Assembly (NCBI RefSeq): GCF_963921235.1
Contig: NC_086097.1
Span: forward strand, 214,894,001 to 214,958,000
Reading direction: 5' to 3'
Source: Mobula hypostoma
Taxonomy: Eukaryota
Length of the DNA stretch: 64,000 nucleotides
This document shows positions 62,321-64,000 of this stretch, one piece after another. Made by a program: the position numbers and the translations under genes. How positions within the stretch are numbered: position 1 is the stretch's first letter; every line of letters starts with the position of its first letter. Under the pieces are notes generated by a model. That model saw only the letters and a list, made by a program, of their open reading frames with translations. It ran no database searches and was not told the origin of the DNA.

Positions 62321-64000
62321 CGGGATATTTCTGATTGCATCCAAGATATCCTGAAGTGGGAGGGTGAGGAGCCAGAGGTCGTGGTACATATAGGTACCAA
62401 TGACATAGGTAGGAAAAGGAGAGAGGTCTTGAAAGGAGAATATAGGGAGTTAGGAAGGGAGTTGAGAAAAAGGACCGCAAAGGAAGTAATCTCGGGATAA
62501 CTGCCTGTGCCACGCGACAGTGAGAGTAGGAATGCTATGAGGTGGAGGATAAATGCATGGCTGAGGGAATGGAGTGGGGGCAGGGATTCAAGTTTTTGGA
62601 TCATTGGGACCTCTTTTGGCGCAGGTATGATCTGTACAAAAGGGACAGGTTACACTTGAATCCTAGGGGGACCAATATCCTGGCGGGGAGATTTGCAAGG
62701 GCTACTGAGACTTTAAACTAGAATGGTTGGGGGGTAGGAATCAAATTAAAGAGACTAGGAGAGAGGAGGTTAGTTCACAAATAGAGAAAGCTAGTAGACA
62801 GTGTGTGAGGGAGGATAGGCAGGGGACAGAGATCGGGAGCACTCAGACCAAAGATGTAGGGGACAAGGAAGAAAAAGATAACAAAGTTGTTTGCTCCATT
62901 AAGGATAAAAAGAGCGTAAGCGGTTGAGAGTTTCTTAAATGCATCTATTTTAATGCTAGGAGCATTGTAAGAAAGGTGGATGAGCTTAGAGCATGGATTG
63001 ATACCTGGAAATATAATGTTATAGCTATGAGTGAAACGTGGTTGCAGGAGGGGTGTGATTGGCAACTAAATATTCCAGGATTTCGTTGCTTCAGGTGTGA
63101 TAGAATAGGAGGGGCAAGAGGGGGAGGTGTTGCAATGCTTGTCAGAGAAAATGCTTATAGAGGTGTATTATAGACCACCTAATGGGGACCGAGAACTGGA
63201 GGAGCAAATTTGCAAGGAGATAACAGATATTTGTAGTAAGCACAAGGTTGTGATTGTGGGAGATTTTAATTTTCCACACATAGACTGGGAAGCCCATTCT
63301 GTAAAGGGGCTGGATGGTTTGGAGTTTGTCAAATGTGTGCAAGATAGTTTTTTGCAGCAATACATAAAGGTTCCAACTAGAGAAGGGGCAGTGTTGGATC
63401 TCCTGTTAGGGAATGAGATAGGGCAGGTGACGGAGGTATGCTTTGGGGAGCACTTCGGGTCCAGTGATCACAATACCATTAGTTTCAATATAATTATGGA
63501 GATGGATAGGACTGGACCCAGGGTTGAGATTTTTGATTGCAGAAAGGCTAACTGTGAGGAGATGCGAAGGGATTTAGAAGGAGTGGATTGGGACAGTTTG
63601 TTTTATGGGAAGGATGTAATAGAGAAATGGAGGTTATTTAAGGGTGAAATTTTGAGGGTACAGAATCTTTATGTTCCTGTTCGGTTGAAAGGAAAGGTTA
63701 AAAGTTTGAGAGCCATGGTTTTCAAGAGATATAGGAAACTTGGTTTGGAAAAAGAGCGGGATTTACAATAAATATAGGCAGCTTGGAGTTAATGAGGTGC
63801 TCGAGGAATATAAAGAATGTAAAAAGAATCTTAAGAAAGAAATTAGAAAAGCTAAATGAAGGTACGAGGCAGCTTTAGCAAGTAAGGTGAAAATAAATCC
63901 AAAGGGTTTCTACAGTTATATAAATAGCAAAAGGATAGTGAGGGATAAAATTGGTCCCTTAGAGAATCAGAGTGGACGGCTATGTGCGGAGCCAAAAGAG
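62321..64000 (+). mobile_element. CR1 family F (A-type ORF1 with E-like ORF2), runs off the window
   Basis: 62321-62780 is near-identical to 29068-29531; the downstream APE resembles the 59268 ORF. Confidence 0.88.

Noticed and set aside
1..64000. CRISPR arrays, prokaryotic operons, rRNA
   Set aside because: No regularly spaced repeats or prokaryotic gene organisation; the sequence is spliced eukaryotic DNA.
5669..64000. Antisense orientation bias of CR1 copies relative to GGH
   Set aside because: Roughly 2:1 on about 20 fragments; too few and non-independent to claim.

Overview
Vertebrate genomic DNA, most likely a cartilaginous fish (inferred from the repeat families and GGH divergence, not proven). 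The only host gene I can support is gamma-glutamyl hydrolase (GGH) on the minus strand. Coding exons 2-9 lie at 35945-2689 with canonical AG/GT sites, a continuous frame and intact catalytic Cys and His; exon 1 is not in the window, so intron 1 is >28 kb. Most of the rest is retrotransposon: at least six CR1-clade LINE families (my labels A-F, often nested, one essentially full length at ~58060-62260), Rex1/Babar and RTE fragments, SINEs, a hAT MITE and palindromic Penelope-type elements. Main observations: (1) all eight readable CR1 ORF1/ORF2 junctions end ORF1 with the slippery heptamer U_UUA_AAC (once U_UUA_AAU) directly before the stop, with ORF2 in the -1 frame, suggesting gag-pol-style programmed -1 frameshifting in a LINE; (2) ORF1/ORF2 module swapping between families just after that site; (3) palindromic TSD-flanked elements carrying minimal hammerhead ribozyme motifs, two being flip/flop isomers; (4) an unexplained 418-bp highly structured sequence co-inserted with a CR1 3' end; (5) a ~450-bp apparent gene-conversion tract between two dead CR1 copies. 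Repeat boundaries are read by eye and approximate unless a TSD is given.
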